From positions 150,001 to 182,000 of the forward strand of contig JALHOH010000001.1 in NCBI GenBank assembly GCA_022843095.1: 32,000 nucleotides of DNA, read 5' to 3'. This DNA comes from Candidatus Saccharimonadota bacterium. GTDB lineage: Bacteria; Patescibacteriota; Patescibacteriia; 2-12-FULL-60-25. Below, piece by piece: positions 16,811 through 26,600 of the stretch. Every line of letters starts with the position of its first letter. Positions within the stretch are counted from its first letter, which is position 1. Under the pieces are notes generated by a model. That model made no database searches, had not been told where the DNA came from, and saw only the letters and a list, made by a program, of their open reading frames with translations. A program made the translations under genes and the position numbers.

Positions 16811-17299
16811 CTAACGCCGTGGGTGACGCGCCAGCAACCCGCCTACCATCGCAATCGCCAGCGCGTCCGCCGCATCGTCCGGAGTGGGAGGCGCCGACAA
16901 TTTTAGGAGTCGTTGCACCATTTGCTGCATTTGTTTTTTGTCAGCACCACCATACCCAGAGATCCCCTGTTTCACCTGGTTTGGCGTAATCTCGACGACA
17001 GGCAGCTTCGCATCAGCGATCGCTAAAAAAATAACCCCGCGCGCCATTCCTACCTGCAGCGCCGTAGTGACATTCTTTTGAAAAAATAAACTTTCGACCG
17101 CTACCGCAGCAGGCCGATGCACACGGATGGCCATCGTCACCCCATCACGGATCTGCTGCAAACGTGTAGAAAAATCGTCTTTCGCAGAGGTTTGCACGCA
17201 TCCATGCCACACCCACGTCGGCGTCGCGCCTTGTAAATCCACAACACCGAGTCCGCAACGATCAAATCCCGGATCAATCCCAAGAACACGGAGAGGCAT
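16811..17299 (-). CDS. ruvC: crossover junction endodeoxyribonuclease RuvC
   Basis: ORF 16811..17356, start moved to ATG 17299 (MPLRVLGIDPGFDRCGLGVV...). The catalytic acidic residues are in context (GIDPG, AVESLFF, PDDAADALAIA). Confidence 0.9.
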   Translation of the reverse strand: MPLRVLGIDPGFDRCGLGVVDLQGATPTWVWHGCVQTSAKDDFSTRLQQIRDGVTMAIRVHRPAAVAVESLFFQKNVTTALQVGMARGVIFLAIADAKLPVVEITPNQVKQGISGYGGADKKQMQQMVQRLLKLSAPPTPDDAADALAIAMVGGLLARHPRR

Positions 17300-17305
17300 G
17301 CGCAA

Positions 17306-17314
17306 AGAATAGCA
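17306..17314 (-). promoter_or_regulatory. extended -10 promoter TGCTATTCT for a leaderless ruvC mRNA
   Basis: On the - strand: TGcTATTCT-ttgcgc-ATG(17299). Confidence 0.5.
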
Positions 17315-17325
17315 GGTGCGGATAT

Positions 17326-17353
17326 GAAAAACACCTGTCACATTCGACAGGTG
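17326..17353 (-). terminator. rho-independent terminator after the 248-aa orphan gene
   Basis: On the - strand: CACCTGTC-gaatgt-GACAGGTG followed by TTTTT, about 20 nt after the TGA at 17375. Confidence 0.75.
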
Positions 17354-17374
17354 CAAAGACCCAATTGCATCACT

Positions 17375-18121
17375 TCAAATCACTAGTATTCGCGAACCAA
17401 ACGCTCCAATCATCTTCCCACAAAGCACAAGTCCGGAGAGGGTGGTTTCCGTTTTTCCTACGAAAGAATTGCACTGCCCTTCGATGCAGAAGGGGTGATC
17501 CGGATTAGATTTCTTATCACCCTTTTTCAGGTAGATGTCTCCTTCATATTCAAGGATCGAGACCTCTTGCCCGCCATCCGCCAACAGAGAGATCTTCCGC
17601 GATCCATCTTCTGAAGACCAGTCATACCTCTCCGATCCTCGTTCGTACAAAAGCAATTCTACCACCTGGATCGCAGCATCACGATTTGACCCTACAAGAC
17701 AAGATAGTGGAAGGGTGAAATGAATTCCGCGTCGCAACAAATGTGATGCGTAAACCTCATTCACGGCGGCGAGACAGGGTGGACGAACGCGCTCCCAAAA
17801 ATACTCGATAGAGGCCTCAGCGAATTCAAAAAAATCTTTTTGAATCGGCACGGCAAGTGCTCCATCGTTCAATGCCGTAACAAACCAATACTCCTCCTTG
17901 GGTCCTGGTTGAAGAAACCGGACGACAAAGGCCTGACCTTGTTCCACCCAGTGAAATACGACACTCTCTCGCCGACCTGGAATACAGGGTATTCGACAGA
18001 CTTTTTGATCGCTTCCGGATCGGGTTCCAAAACCCAAGTTCTGTACCGAACCAGAAAAATCGATGGCACACTTCCCCACTTGGCGTGGGATCAAATGCGA
18101 AGGAACTACAAGCGGCAACAT
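17375..18121 (-). CDS. hypothetical protein (248 aa), lower-GC orphan between yebC and ruvC
   Basis: Long ORF with protein-like composition and its own terminator. No motif is recognised. Hand count 17401-17520 gives 58/120 G+C (48%). Confidence 0.6.
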   Translation of the reverse strand: MLPLVVPSHLIPRQVGKCAIDFSGSVQNLGFGTRSGSDQKVCRIPCIPGRRESVVFHWVEQGQAFVVRFLQPGPKEEYWFVTALNDGALAVPIQKDFFEFAEASIEYFWERVRPPCLAAVNEVYASHLLRRGIHFTLPLSCLVGSNRDAAIQVVELLLYERGSERYDWSSEDGSRKISLLADGGQEVSILEYEGDIYLKKGDKKSNPDHPFCIEGQCNSFVGKTETTLSGLVLCGKMIGAFGSRILVI

Positions 18122-18188
18122 TCCCCAAACCCCTCTCTGGCATATCTGCCAAAAAAACCCTGTCTAAAAAAACGTATTGTGTCAACCC

Positions 18189-18911
18189 TTACGCCAAATT
18201 GCTCCAAACACGCGTCACGTCATCGTGCGCCTCTAAAGCATCGATCAATTCCGCCACCGCGTTTGCGGTTTCTTCATCCGTATCAACGAGGGTTGTTGGA
18301 ATCCACTGAAACTCCACGGTATCTGCCGTGCACCCCATCTTTGCCACTGCATCCGCTACTTTCGCGAGATCCGTCGGTGCACATCGGACCTCCACCCCCT
18401 GTTCATCCGAAATAAATTCGGTCGCGCCCGCATCAATAAGTGCAAGTTCCATCTCATCTGCGCGCGCTGGGGTAACAACTTCTGGAACATGCACCACGCC
18501 CGCACGGGTAAATCCAAACGTCACGGCTCCGCTCGCCGCAAGCGTCCCTCCATTTTTTGAAAGCAGATGTTTGACGTCGTTCGCCGTGCGATTTCGGTTG
18601 TCCGTCAAGCATTCAATAACAAGCCCCGTCCCACCTGGCGCATAGGCCTCGTAGGTCAGTGCATCGATTTGTCCCTCTGCTCCGCCCCCAATGCCACGCT
18701 GAATCGCCCGCTCGATATTGTCTTTCGGCATCGACGACTCACGCGCGCGATCCATCGCCGCACGCAGCCGGGCATTCATAGCGGGATCCCCGCCTTTTTC
18801 TTTGGCGGCTACCGTAATTTCACGGGCGAGTTTCGTAAAAGACGCCGACCGTTTGGCATCAATCGCCCCTTTGAATTGCTTTACTTTATGCCATTTAGAA
18901 TGCCGTGCCAT
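18189..18911 (-). CDS. yebC: YebC/PmpR-family DNA-binding transcriptional regulator
   Basis: ORF 18189..19040, start moved to ATG 18911 (MARHSKWHKVKQFKGAIDAKRSASFTKLAREI...). This N-terminus and the three-domain length (240 aa) are typical of the family. Confidence 0.9.
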   Translation of the reverse strand: MARHSKWHKVKQFKGAIDAKRSASFTKLAREITVAAKEKGGDPAMNARLRAAMDRARESSMPKDNIERAIQRGIGGGAEGQIDALTYEAYAPGGTGLVIECLTDNRNRTANDVKHLLSKNGGTLAASGAVTFGFTRAGVVHVPEVVTPARADEMELALIDAGATEFISDEQGVEVRCAPTDLAKVADAVAKMGCTADTVEFQWIPTTLVDTDEETANAVAELIDALEAHDDVTRVWSNLA

Positions 18912-18919
18912 AGGCCCCG

Positions 18920-18925
18920 AGTGTA
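18920..18925 (-). promoter_or_regulatory. -10 box TACACT 8 nt upstream of the yebC ATG
   Basis: On the - strand: TACACT-cggggc-CT-ATG. Geometry matches ruvA. Confidence 0.35.
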
Positions 18926-18952
18926 TCCCCGCTGCACGGATCCGTTCAAGCG

Positions 18953-18961
18953 TGATAGTAT
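18953..18961 (+). promoter_or_regulatory. extended -10 promoter TGATAGTAT of the divergent Cys-rich protein gene
   Basis: TGaTAGTAT, 11 nt, then ATG 18973 (about 5-nt leader). This supports 18973 rather than 18718 or 19090 as the start. Confidence 0.4.
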
Positions 18962-18972
18962 CTGGGACAACT

Positions 18973-19575
18973 ATGCTGTCTACTTCTCGCCGACCCGCAT
19001 CTCCCCGTCCCTGCGGAAGCTGCGGAAAACCAAATTGCACCGGAACCTGTGCGCACCCACGGCCACATCACTCCAAACATGCGGTGTGGATGGCGGCGGC
19101 CGTTGCCGGATTCGCCATGGGCGCGACACTTCTGACCGCGTTCAGCGCAGTCAATGCACAGTCACGACCATCCACGACCACCTCCTCCAATGCGGCGATC
19201 GTCGCGGAATTGCGGAAGGTCACACAACGATTAGAACAGCTCGAAAAAGAGGTGAAGGGCGGGTTCTCCAATTGTCGCGCAGAAGCCCGTATGTGCACCG
19301 CGGATCGAGACGAAGACTCCGTCCCGGATTGTGTCGAACAGTGCAAAGAAACGGCGGATTCAGACGAAGCCTTCAAGAAATGCATCGACACGGTGTGCCG
19401 AAAACCAGAGCCAGTCGAAGACGAACGGGTGAACGAGCCCTTCAAAGAACAGGCACTCTGTCGACGGACCTGCGAACAATCCTACGAATCGTGTCGGAAA
19501 GGGGTAGAAACGGATGCCGGCGTACAGAAATGCAAAACAGCACTCACAACCTGCACGCAAACCTGCAAAGAATAG
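18973..19575 (+). CDS. Cys-rich membrane-anchored or secreted protein (200 aa)
   Basis: ORF 18718..19575, trimmed because its 5' part is antisense to yebC. From ATG 18973: a CGSCGKPNCTGTC cluster, a hydrophobic segment VWMAAAVAGFAMGATLLTAFSAVNA, a coiled-coil stretch, then 12 Cys mostly as CxxxC pairs (CVEQC, CRRTC, CTQTC). Confidence 0.6.
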   Translation: MLSTSRRPASPRPCGSCGKPNCTGTCAHPRPHHSKHAVWMAAAVAGFAMGATLLTAFSAVNAQSRPSTTTSSNAAIVAELRKVTQRLEQLEKEVKGGFSNCRAEARMCTADRDEDSVPDCVEQCKETADSDEAFKKCIDTVCRKPEPVEDERVNEPFKEQALCRRTCEQSYESCRKGVETDAGVQKCKTALTTCTQTCKE

Positions 19576-19583
19576 CCTCAATC

Positions 19584-19609
19584 AAAACCCCCGCAATCGC
19601 GGGGGTTTT
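19584..19609. terminator. bidirectional terminator between the Cys-rich protein gene and rpoC
   Basis: CCCCCGC (19588-19594) pairs with GCGGGGG (19599-19605) around a 4-nt loop. It is flanked by AAAA and TTTT. Confidence 0.8.
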
Positions 19610-19620
19610 GTTGACCATCT

Positions 19621-22600
19621 CTACGCGGTCTCTTCGGGCTTTGCCTCGACTTCCTTCGGTTCGGCGGCCGCGCGCAGGCGACCGACTTCCATGTCCGGAA
19701 GTTCGTATTCGTTGCCCTGGAATCCGGTCCCAGCCGGCGTCAACCGACCGATGATCACGTTTTCCTTGAGCCCTTCCAAGCGGTCCACCTTTCCGGTTAC
19801 GGCGGCGTTGATCAACACGCGAGCCGTTTCCATGAACGAAGCGGCGGACAAGAACGATTCCGTCGACAGGGCGACCTTCGTGATCCCCATGAAGAGCGGC
19901 ATCATCGTTGCTCCCTTTCCGTTCTTCGGAAGTTTTTCGATCTCCTGATCGGCACGCGTCTTTTCGACGACCTGCCCTGGCAAGAGTTCGGTCTCTCCCG
20001 GATCTGTGATGTACACGCGGCTAAACATCTGACGAATCATGACCTCGATGTGCTTCGCGTTCAACTTTTGACCCTGCGAGGCATACACCGACAACACTTC
20101 CTTCAGCATGTACCGCATGAGCGCTTCACGGCCGCGGAGTTTGAACAATTCTTGCAGGTCAAACTGCCCTTCCGTCAGCGCATCACCTGGCTGCACCTCG
20201 GCGCCGTCCTTCACGAGCAAGCGATAGCCTGCCGGAATTTCGTACTCGAGTGCTTCATCAGCTTCGAACACAAGGGTCACCTTCTTTCCTTCGACCTTCA
20301 CCGTCCCCTTGTGGTGAGCCGTCACTTCTTCGCCAACGGCCTTGGTGATCAGCGTCTGGCCTTCCTTCACCTTTTGGCCATCTTCCACCTTGACCGTGTC
20401 CTTCTTGGTAAAGGTCCAGGTGTCTTCCTTGACCACCGTGTGGGTCAGGAGAAGCGTTTTGTTCGCCCCTGCCGTATCCACGATCTTTTGTCCGGTCGTG
20501 GATTGGAGAATGCGACGTTCCTGCTCGACGATCTTCACCTTTCCGGCCGCGTCCGCAAGGATCGCTTTGTGTTTTGGTGTACGCGCTTCGAACAGCTCTT
20601 CCACACGCGGCAACCCCTGCGTAATGTCGGCCGCGGCTGCACCTCCCGAGTGGAAGGTACGCATGGTGAGCTGCGTCCCCGGTTCCCCGATGGACTGGGC
20701 GGCCATGATCCCGACCGCGGCACCCTTTTTGACCATCGCGTTGTAGGCCAAATCGTAGCCGTAACACTTTTGACACAACCCGCGGAACAGTTTGCACGTA
20801 AGCACCGAACGCACGGCAGCGGCATCGATCTGATGCTTCGCCAGCATGCGGACGTGATCCTCGTTCACCAGCGTCCCCTTCTTCACCAACACTTCCTTGG
20901 TTTCGGCGTCCTTCAAATCCTTGAGAAGCACGCGTCCAAGCAAACGGGTAAGAATCGGTTCGCCGATTTCATCACATTCTTCACGCGTGATGACCACACC
21001 GTCCGTGTCTCCACAATCTTCCGCCGTGATGATGATGTCTTGCGCAACGTCCACCAAACGACGCGTGAGGTACCCAGCGTTGGCCGTTTTGAGAGCCGTG
21101 TCCGTCAACCCCTTACGCACCCCGTGCGAAGAGATGAAGTATTCCAACACGTCCAACCCTTCACGCAACGACGACTTGATCGGAAGTTCGATAATTTCCC
21201 CCGACGGGCTGGCTTTCAAGCCCACCATCCCGATCACGTTGGTCAGCTGCCCCGGAGATCCACGCGCACCGGAATCGATCATGGCGTAGACGGACCCATT
21301 TTTATCCAACGAGTCTTTCGACATCTTTTGGATCTGATCCTTCACGTCCGTCCACAACTTGATGATGGACGCATAGCGTTCCTTCTTGGTCAGCAACCCT
21401 TCCTTGTACTGCTCTTCGATCTCTTCCGTGCGGCGGTTACCTTCCTCGATGATCACGCGCTTTTCGACATACGGAAGTTCCCCGATGCCGTAGCTAAAGC
21501 CGGACTTGGTCGCGTAGTAGAACCCGGTCGCCTTCACTTCATCCAAGAAGCGGGCGGCGCGTTCAAATCCGCGGAGTTCGATGGTCGTTTTCACGATTTC
21601 TCCAAGCTGCTTGGTTCCGATCACTTCGTTGCGGAATCCAATTTCTTTCGGGAAGAGTTGGTTCAGCAAGATGCGTCCGACCGTCGTTTCGATCACCGGT
21701 TCACCCACCTTCAAACGCGTTTTGATCTTTTCACGCAGGTTCAGCTTGCCCGACTGATACAGGTAAATCGCCTGTTCCGCCGATGCGACCGCTTTCATCT
21801 TTTCTTCGCCGGACGGCGTCACCATGGAGAGGTAGTAACACCCCCACGCCACGTCCTTATCCGGTTTCACGATCGGCATGCCAGTTGCAGGCTTCAGCAA
21901 GTTCTTGGTGGCGAGCATCAAGTTCTTTGCTTCCCAACGCGCTTCCTCGGTCAACGGCACGTGCACGGCCATCTGGTCTCCGTCGAAGTCGGCGTTGAAT
22001 CCCGGACACACCATCGGGTGAATCTGAATCGCCTTCCCTTCGATCAATTTTGGCTGGAAGCCAAGAATCCCAAGACGGTGCAGCGTCGGAGCGCGGTTCA
22101 AGAGCACTACCGCATCCGATGCGATCTGTTCCAAGATGTCCCACACTTCCGGATGATCTTGTTCGATAAACCGGTTGGCAGAACGAATGTTGTGAACCAG
22201 TTCACGCTTGATGAGTTCCGCAATAATGAACGGCTTGAACAGTTCAAGCGCCATCGTTTTTGGCAACCCACACTGGTGCAGCTCAAGCGACGGACCGACG
22301 ACGATCACCGAACGACCGGAATAGTCGATACGCTTCCCAAGCAAGTTCTGACGGAAGCGCCCCTGCTTCCCTTTCAAGAAGTCGGCAAGCGATTTGAGCT
22401 GGCGCTTCTTCCCCGTCGCGGCGATCACCGTTTTCGAGTGTCGCGCGCCGTTGTCGATAAGCGAGTCCACCGCTTCCTGCAACATGCGCTTTTCGTTGCG
22501 CACGATCACCTCCGGCGCATTCAACTCGAGCAAACGCTTCAAGCGGTTGTTGCGGTTGATGACACGGCGATACAGATCGTTCAAGTCGGACGTGGCAAAG

Positions 22601-23589
22601 CGACCCCCGTCGAGCGCCACCATCGGACGCAAATCCGGCGGAATGACTGGAAGCGCCTTCAAGATCATCCAGTGCGGCTGGATCTTGGTGATGGCAAGCG
22701 ACTTGAGCAACTTCAGCCGACGCATGATGCGATCGCGCTTGGCTTCGGAGGCGCCTTCCAACTCCTCATTCAAGGACTTGAGCGTCGCTTCAACGTCGAT
22801 GCGCTGCAACAACTTGTCGACCGCCTCTGCCCCGATCGACGCCTCAAACACGTGCCCGTATTTCAGGGACATGTCATGGTAGGTGTTTTCGGAGAGGATG
22901 GTCAGCACTTCCAAATCCTTCAATTCTTTTTCGACAGATCCCACTTCTTCATCCAATTCTTCCATTTTGCGCTGCTTGGCCGTTTCCGCTTTTTCCAATT
23001 CCTTCTCTACCGCGGAACGCTTCTTGTCATCTTCCGCCGCCTGCTTGTTGATGCGTTCCACAGCCTGCAGATATTCCGCTTCGATGGACTTCTGCTTGCC
23101 CTTGTATTCAGCACGCACCTGCTCGATCGTCGCATCGCGCAACGCCTCATCGACGTGCGTAATGATAAACGCGGTGAAATAAATCACCTTTTCGAGCGCC
23201 TGGATGCTCATGTCGAGCACCGTCCCAATCTTGGACGGCACGCTGCGCAAGAACCAAATGTGCGCGACCGGAGCACACAACTCGATGTGCCCCATGCGTT
23301 CGCGGCGGACCAGCGAGTGCGTCACTTCGACACCACACTTGTCACAAATGATCCCCTTGTAGCGAATCTTTTTATACTTACCGCAGTAACATTCCCAATC
23401 TTTGGACGGTCCGAAAATTTCTTCGGCAAACAACCCGCCCTTTTCTGGTTTTTGCGTGCGGTAGTTAATGGTTTCCGGCTTCGTGATTTCTCCGTACGAC
23501 CAGCCGCGGATCACCTCCGGTGAGGCGAGCTTCAGCCGAATCGCGTCGAAATCCGTTGTTTTGATGCTTTCAGAACGAAAGAATGCCAT
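19621..23589 (-). CDS. rpoC: DNA-directed RNA polymerase subunit beta'
   Basis: 1322 aa. Zn-finger CYCGKYKKIRYKGIICDKCGVEV, catalytic NADFDGDQM, bridge helix and trigger loop regions are all present. Confidence 0.98.
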   Translation of the reverse strand: MAFFRSESIKTTDFDAIRLKLASPEVIRGWSYGEITKPETINYRTQKPEKGGLFAEEIFGPSKDWECYCGKYKKIRYKGIICDKCGVEVTHSLVRRERMGHIELCAPVAHIWFLRSVPSKIGTVLDMSIQALEKVIYFTAFIITHVDEALRDATIEQVRAEYKGKQKSIEAEYLQAVERINKQAAEDDKKRSAVEKELEKAETAKQRKMEELDEEVGSVEKELKDLEVLTILSENTYHDMSLKYGHVFEASIGAEAVDKLLQRIDVEATLKSLNEELEGASEAKRDRIMRRLKLLKSLAITKIQPHWMILKALPVIPPDLRPMVALDGGRFATSDLNDLYRRVINRNNRLKRLLELNAPEVIVRNEKRMLQEAVDSLIDNGARHSKTVIAATGKKRQLKSLADFLKGKQGRFRQNLLGKRIDYSGRSVIVVGPSLELHQCGLPKTMALELFKPFIIAELIKRELVHNIRSANRFIEQDHPEVWDILEQIASDAVVLLNRAPTLHRLGILGFQPKLIEGKAIQIHPMVCPGFNADFDGDQMAVHVPLTEEARWEAKNLMLATKNLLKPATGMPIVKPDKDVAWGCYYLSMVTPSGEEKMKAVASAEQAIYLYQSGKLNLREKIKTRLKVGEPVIETTVGRILLNQLFPKEIGFRNEVIGTKQLGEIVKTTIELRGFERAARFLDEVKATGFYYATKSGFSYGIGELPYVEKRVIIEEGNRRTEEIEEQYKEGLLTKKERYASIIKLWTDVKDQIQKMSKDSLDKNGSVYAMIDSGARGSPGQLTNVIGMVGLKASPSGEIIELPIKSSLREGLDVLEYFISSHGVRKGLTDTALKTANAGYLTRRLVDVAQDIIITAEDCGDTDGVVITREECDEIGEPILTRLLGRVLLKDLKDAETKEVLVKKGTLVNEDHVRMLAKHQIDAAAVRSVLTCKLFRGLCQKCYGYDLAYNAMVKKGAAVGIMAAQSIGEPGTQLTMRTFHSGGAAAADITQGLPRVEELFEARTPKHKAILADAAGKVKIVEQERRILQSTTGQKIVDTAGANKTLLLTHTVVKEDTWTFTKKDTVKVEDGQKVKEGQTLITKAVGEEVTAHHKGTVKVEGKKVTLVFEADEALEYEIPAGYRLLVKDGAEVQPGDALTEGQFDLQELFKLRGREALMRYMLKEVLSVYASQGQKLNAKHIEVMIRQMFSRVYITDPGETELLPGQVVEKTRADQEIEKLPKNGKGATMMPLFMGITKVALSTESFLSAASFMETARVLINAAVTGKVDRLEGLKENVIIGRLTPAGTGFQGNEYELPDMEVGRLRAAAEPKEVEAKPEETA

Positions 23590-23607
23590 AGGATAATCGT
23601 TCAGCGA

Positions 23608-26600
23608 TTAGAACTGACTTGGCGCCCCCCAGTCGTCATCCACCGGTTCTGCTGGGCCAACGGGTTTCTTCAGATGTTCCGGTCGTGGCGTGGACGATTC
23701 TTCGATACGCGTCCCGTCCTTCAACAATTCCACATCCAGACATAATCCCTTCAATTCGCGCGTAAGCACGTTGAACGATTCCGGGACGTTGACCTTGCGG
23801 ATCGTTTCGCCCTTGATGATCGATTCATACGCCTTCGAACGCCCATCCACGTCGTCCGACTTGATGGTCAAGATTTCTTGCAGGGTGTGCGCCGCGCCGT
23901 AGGCTTCAAGCGCCCACACTTCCATTTCCCCGAAACGCTGCCCACCGAACTGCGCCTTCCCACCAAGTGGCTGCTGCGTAATAAGCGAGTACGGCCCGAT
24001 GGAGCGCTGGTGCACTTTGTCGTCCACCATGTGGTTCAGCTTCAACATGTAGTTGTAGCCCACCGTTGGTTCGTGGTCGTACTTGTCTCCCGTGCGTCCG
24101 TCGAAGAGTGCAATGCGTCCGTCCGTCGGATAACCCGCCTTCACCAATTCTTCACGAATCGTCACTTCAGACACCCCGTCAAACACCGGTGTGGCGACGT
24201 TGTAGCCAAGCGCGTTTGCCGCAAGACCCAAGTGCGTTTCCAGAATCTGACCCAAGTTCATACGCGACACGACCCCAAGCGGCGACAAAATGATGTCGAC
24301 CGGCGTTCCGTCCGCCGTGAATGGCATGTCGGCAACCGGCACGATCTTGGAGATGACCCCCTTGTTTCCGTGACGACCGGCGAGCTTGTCTCCCGGCTGG
24401 ATTTTACGCAGGTCTGCAACGGAAACGACGATCTGTTGCAACACCCCCGGCTGGAGTTTATCGCCTGCATCGCGCGTAAAAATACGCACGTCGACGACCT
24501 TCCCCTTCTGACCGTGTTCCAGGTACAGCGAAGAATCACGCACGTCGCGGGCCTTTTCCCCGAAAATCGCGCGCAACAACTTTTCTTCCGCCGACAGATC
24601 CGTTTCGCCCTTCGGCGTGATCTTCCCGACCAAAATGTCCCCGGACTTCACCTCGGCCCCGATGCGCACGATCCCGCGTTCATCCAAGTTGCGCAGTTTT
24701 TCTTCGGACACGTTCGGGATGTCGCTCGTCACGACTTCCAACCCGAGTTTTGTGTCACGAACATCGATCGTGTGGTGTTCGATTTGGATCGACGTAAACC
24801 GATCCTGCTGCACCACGCGTTCACTCAAAATGATGGCGTCTTCGTAGTTGTAACCGTCCCACGACAAGAACGTACACAACAGGTTTTGCCCAAGCGCCAG
24901 TTCCCCGTGATCGCACGACGTTCCGTCCACCAACACTTCGCCGGCGTACACTTGCTGCCCCTTTGTCACAACCGGGCGCTGGTTCACGCAGGTCGAGTGG
25001 TTGGAGCGCTGGAACTTCACCAAGTCATAGCGGTGGATGCGACCATCTTTGGTCTGCAATTCCACATGCTTCCCGGAGCACGACACCACAACACCGTCAT
25101 CCGGCGCGATCATCGCGTGGCCAGAGTCGATCGCCGCACGACGTTCGACACCCGTCCCCACGATCGGAGCATCCGCTTTGATACACGGCACGGCCTGACG
25201 TTGCATGTTCGTTCCCATGAGTGCGCGGTGCCCGTCATCATGTTCGACGAACGGAATAAGCGCCGTCCCGATGGAAAGAATTTGCTTCGAGGACACGTCG
25301 ACGTAATCAATCTCGTGCACGTCTACCATGGTCGGTTCCCCGTTCTTACGGCAAGACGCGCGTTCCACCTGGAAACGACCATCACGCCCGATCGGCGTCG
25401 TTGCTGGCGCCGTGGTCCCACGTTCTTCCGTAAAGGCGTTCAAGTACACGATTTCGCCCGTTACACGTGGCACGATCGGCAATTTGTCGATGGGCAATTT
25501 TGCCATCGCTGCCGCCGTTTTCTTGTCGACTTCGGTTCCGGCTTTGGCAACCACCTTGCCTTCGCCATCGCGCACATCCACGCGCAACACCTCGTCGATT
25601 GCATCTTCTCCGTCGTTCTTGGCCCAGTTCTTCACCTTGCGGAACGGCGTCTCAATAAACCCGTATTCGTTGATGCGGGCGTAGGAAGACAAGTGCCCCA
25701 CAAGACCGATGTTCGGACCTTCCGGAGAGGCAATCGGACAGATGCGGCCGTAGTGCGTGCGGTGCACGTCGCGGACGTCGAAACCGGCACGTTCGCGGGT
25801 AAGCCCGCCCGGACCCATCGCCGACAAACGGCGCTTGTGTTCCAGCTCGGAGAGCGGGTTCGTCTGATCCATGAACTGCGACAGCTGCGAGGACATGAAG
25901 AACTCGCGCACCGCGCCGATCACCGGACGCGCGTTGATCAACTTCGCACCGTTCAGCGCCTGGATGTCGAGCGTCGACATGCGGTCTTTGACGATACGTT
26001 CCATGCGCGCAAGCCCGATGCGGAAACGAGACTGCACCAATTCCCCGACCGCGCGGACGCGGCGGTTCCCCAAGTGGTCCACGTCATCCGGTTCTTCCTG
26101 CGCAATGTTCAATCGGATGAGCTCGCGAAGCAGCAACACCAAATCTTCCTTCGTCAGAATGCGGTTTTCTTCCTTTTGCACGAAGGCGCGATCTGCCTGC
26201 AATCCAAAACGCTGGTTAAACTTGTACCGCCCGACCGTTCCCAAGTCGTATCGATCGAAATTGAAGAACATCGAGTGGATGAGCGAGCGTGCGTTGTCCG
26301 ACGTCGCCAAATCCCCCGGACGAATACGCTTGTACACCTCAATATACCCTTCTTCTTCGTTGGAAGATGGGTCTTTGGCCAGCGTAGATTCGATGTAGTG
26401 GTTCAACGGGTGGATATCCACGTCCGTGAACAACTTCTGGATGTCCTCGTTGTTTCCAATCCCGAACGCACGCAAAAGCGCCGTTGCCGCCACTTTGCGC
26501 TTGCGATCGATTTTCACGTAGATGACGTTGTTGCCATCCGTTTCAAATTCCAGCCACGCCCCACGGTTCGGGATGATCTTTGCGCCGTAGTACCGGCGTC

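Noticed and set aside
20050-23523. Giant 1157-aa ORF antisense to rpoC. Similar cases: 1061 aa antisense to rpoB (23878-27063), 496 aa antisense to gyrA (12025-13515) and 523 aa antisense to SulP (3714-5285).
   Set aside because: These are shadow ORFs. The sense genes are unambiguous, and the antisense translations are R/H/F/L-rich junk. The long open frames follow from the host avoiding TTA, CTA and TCA codons in the sense frame.
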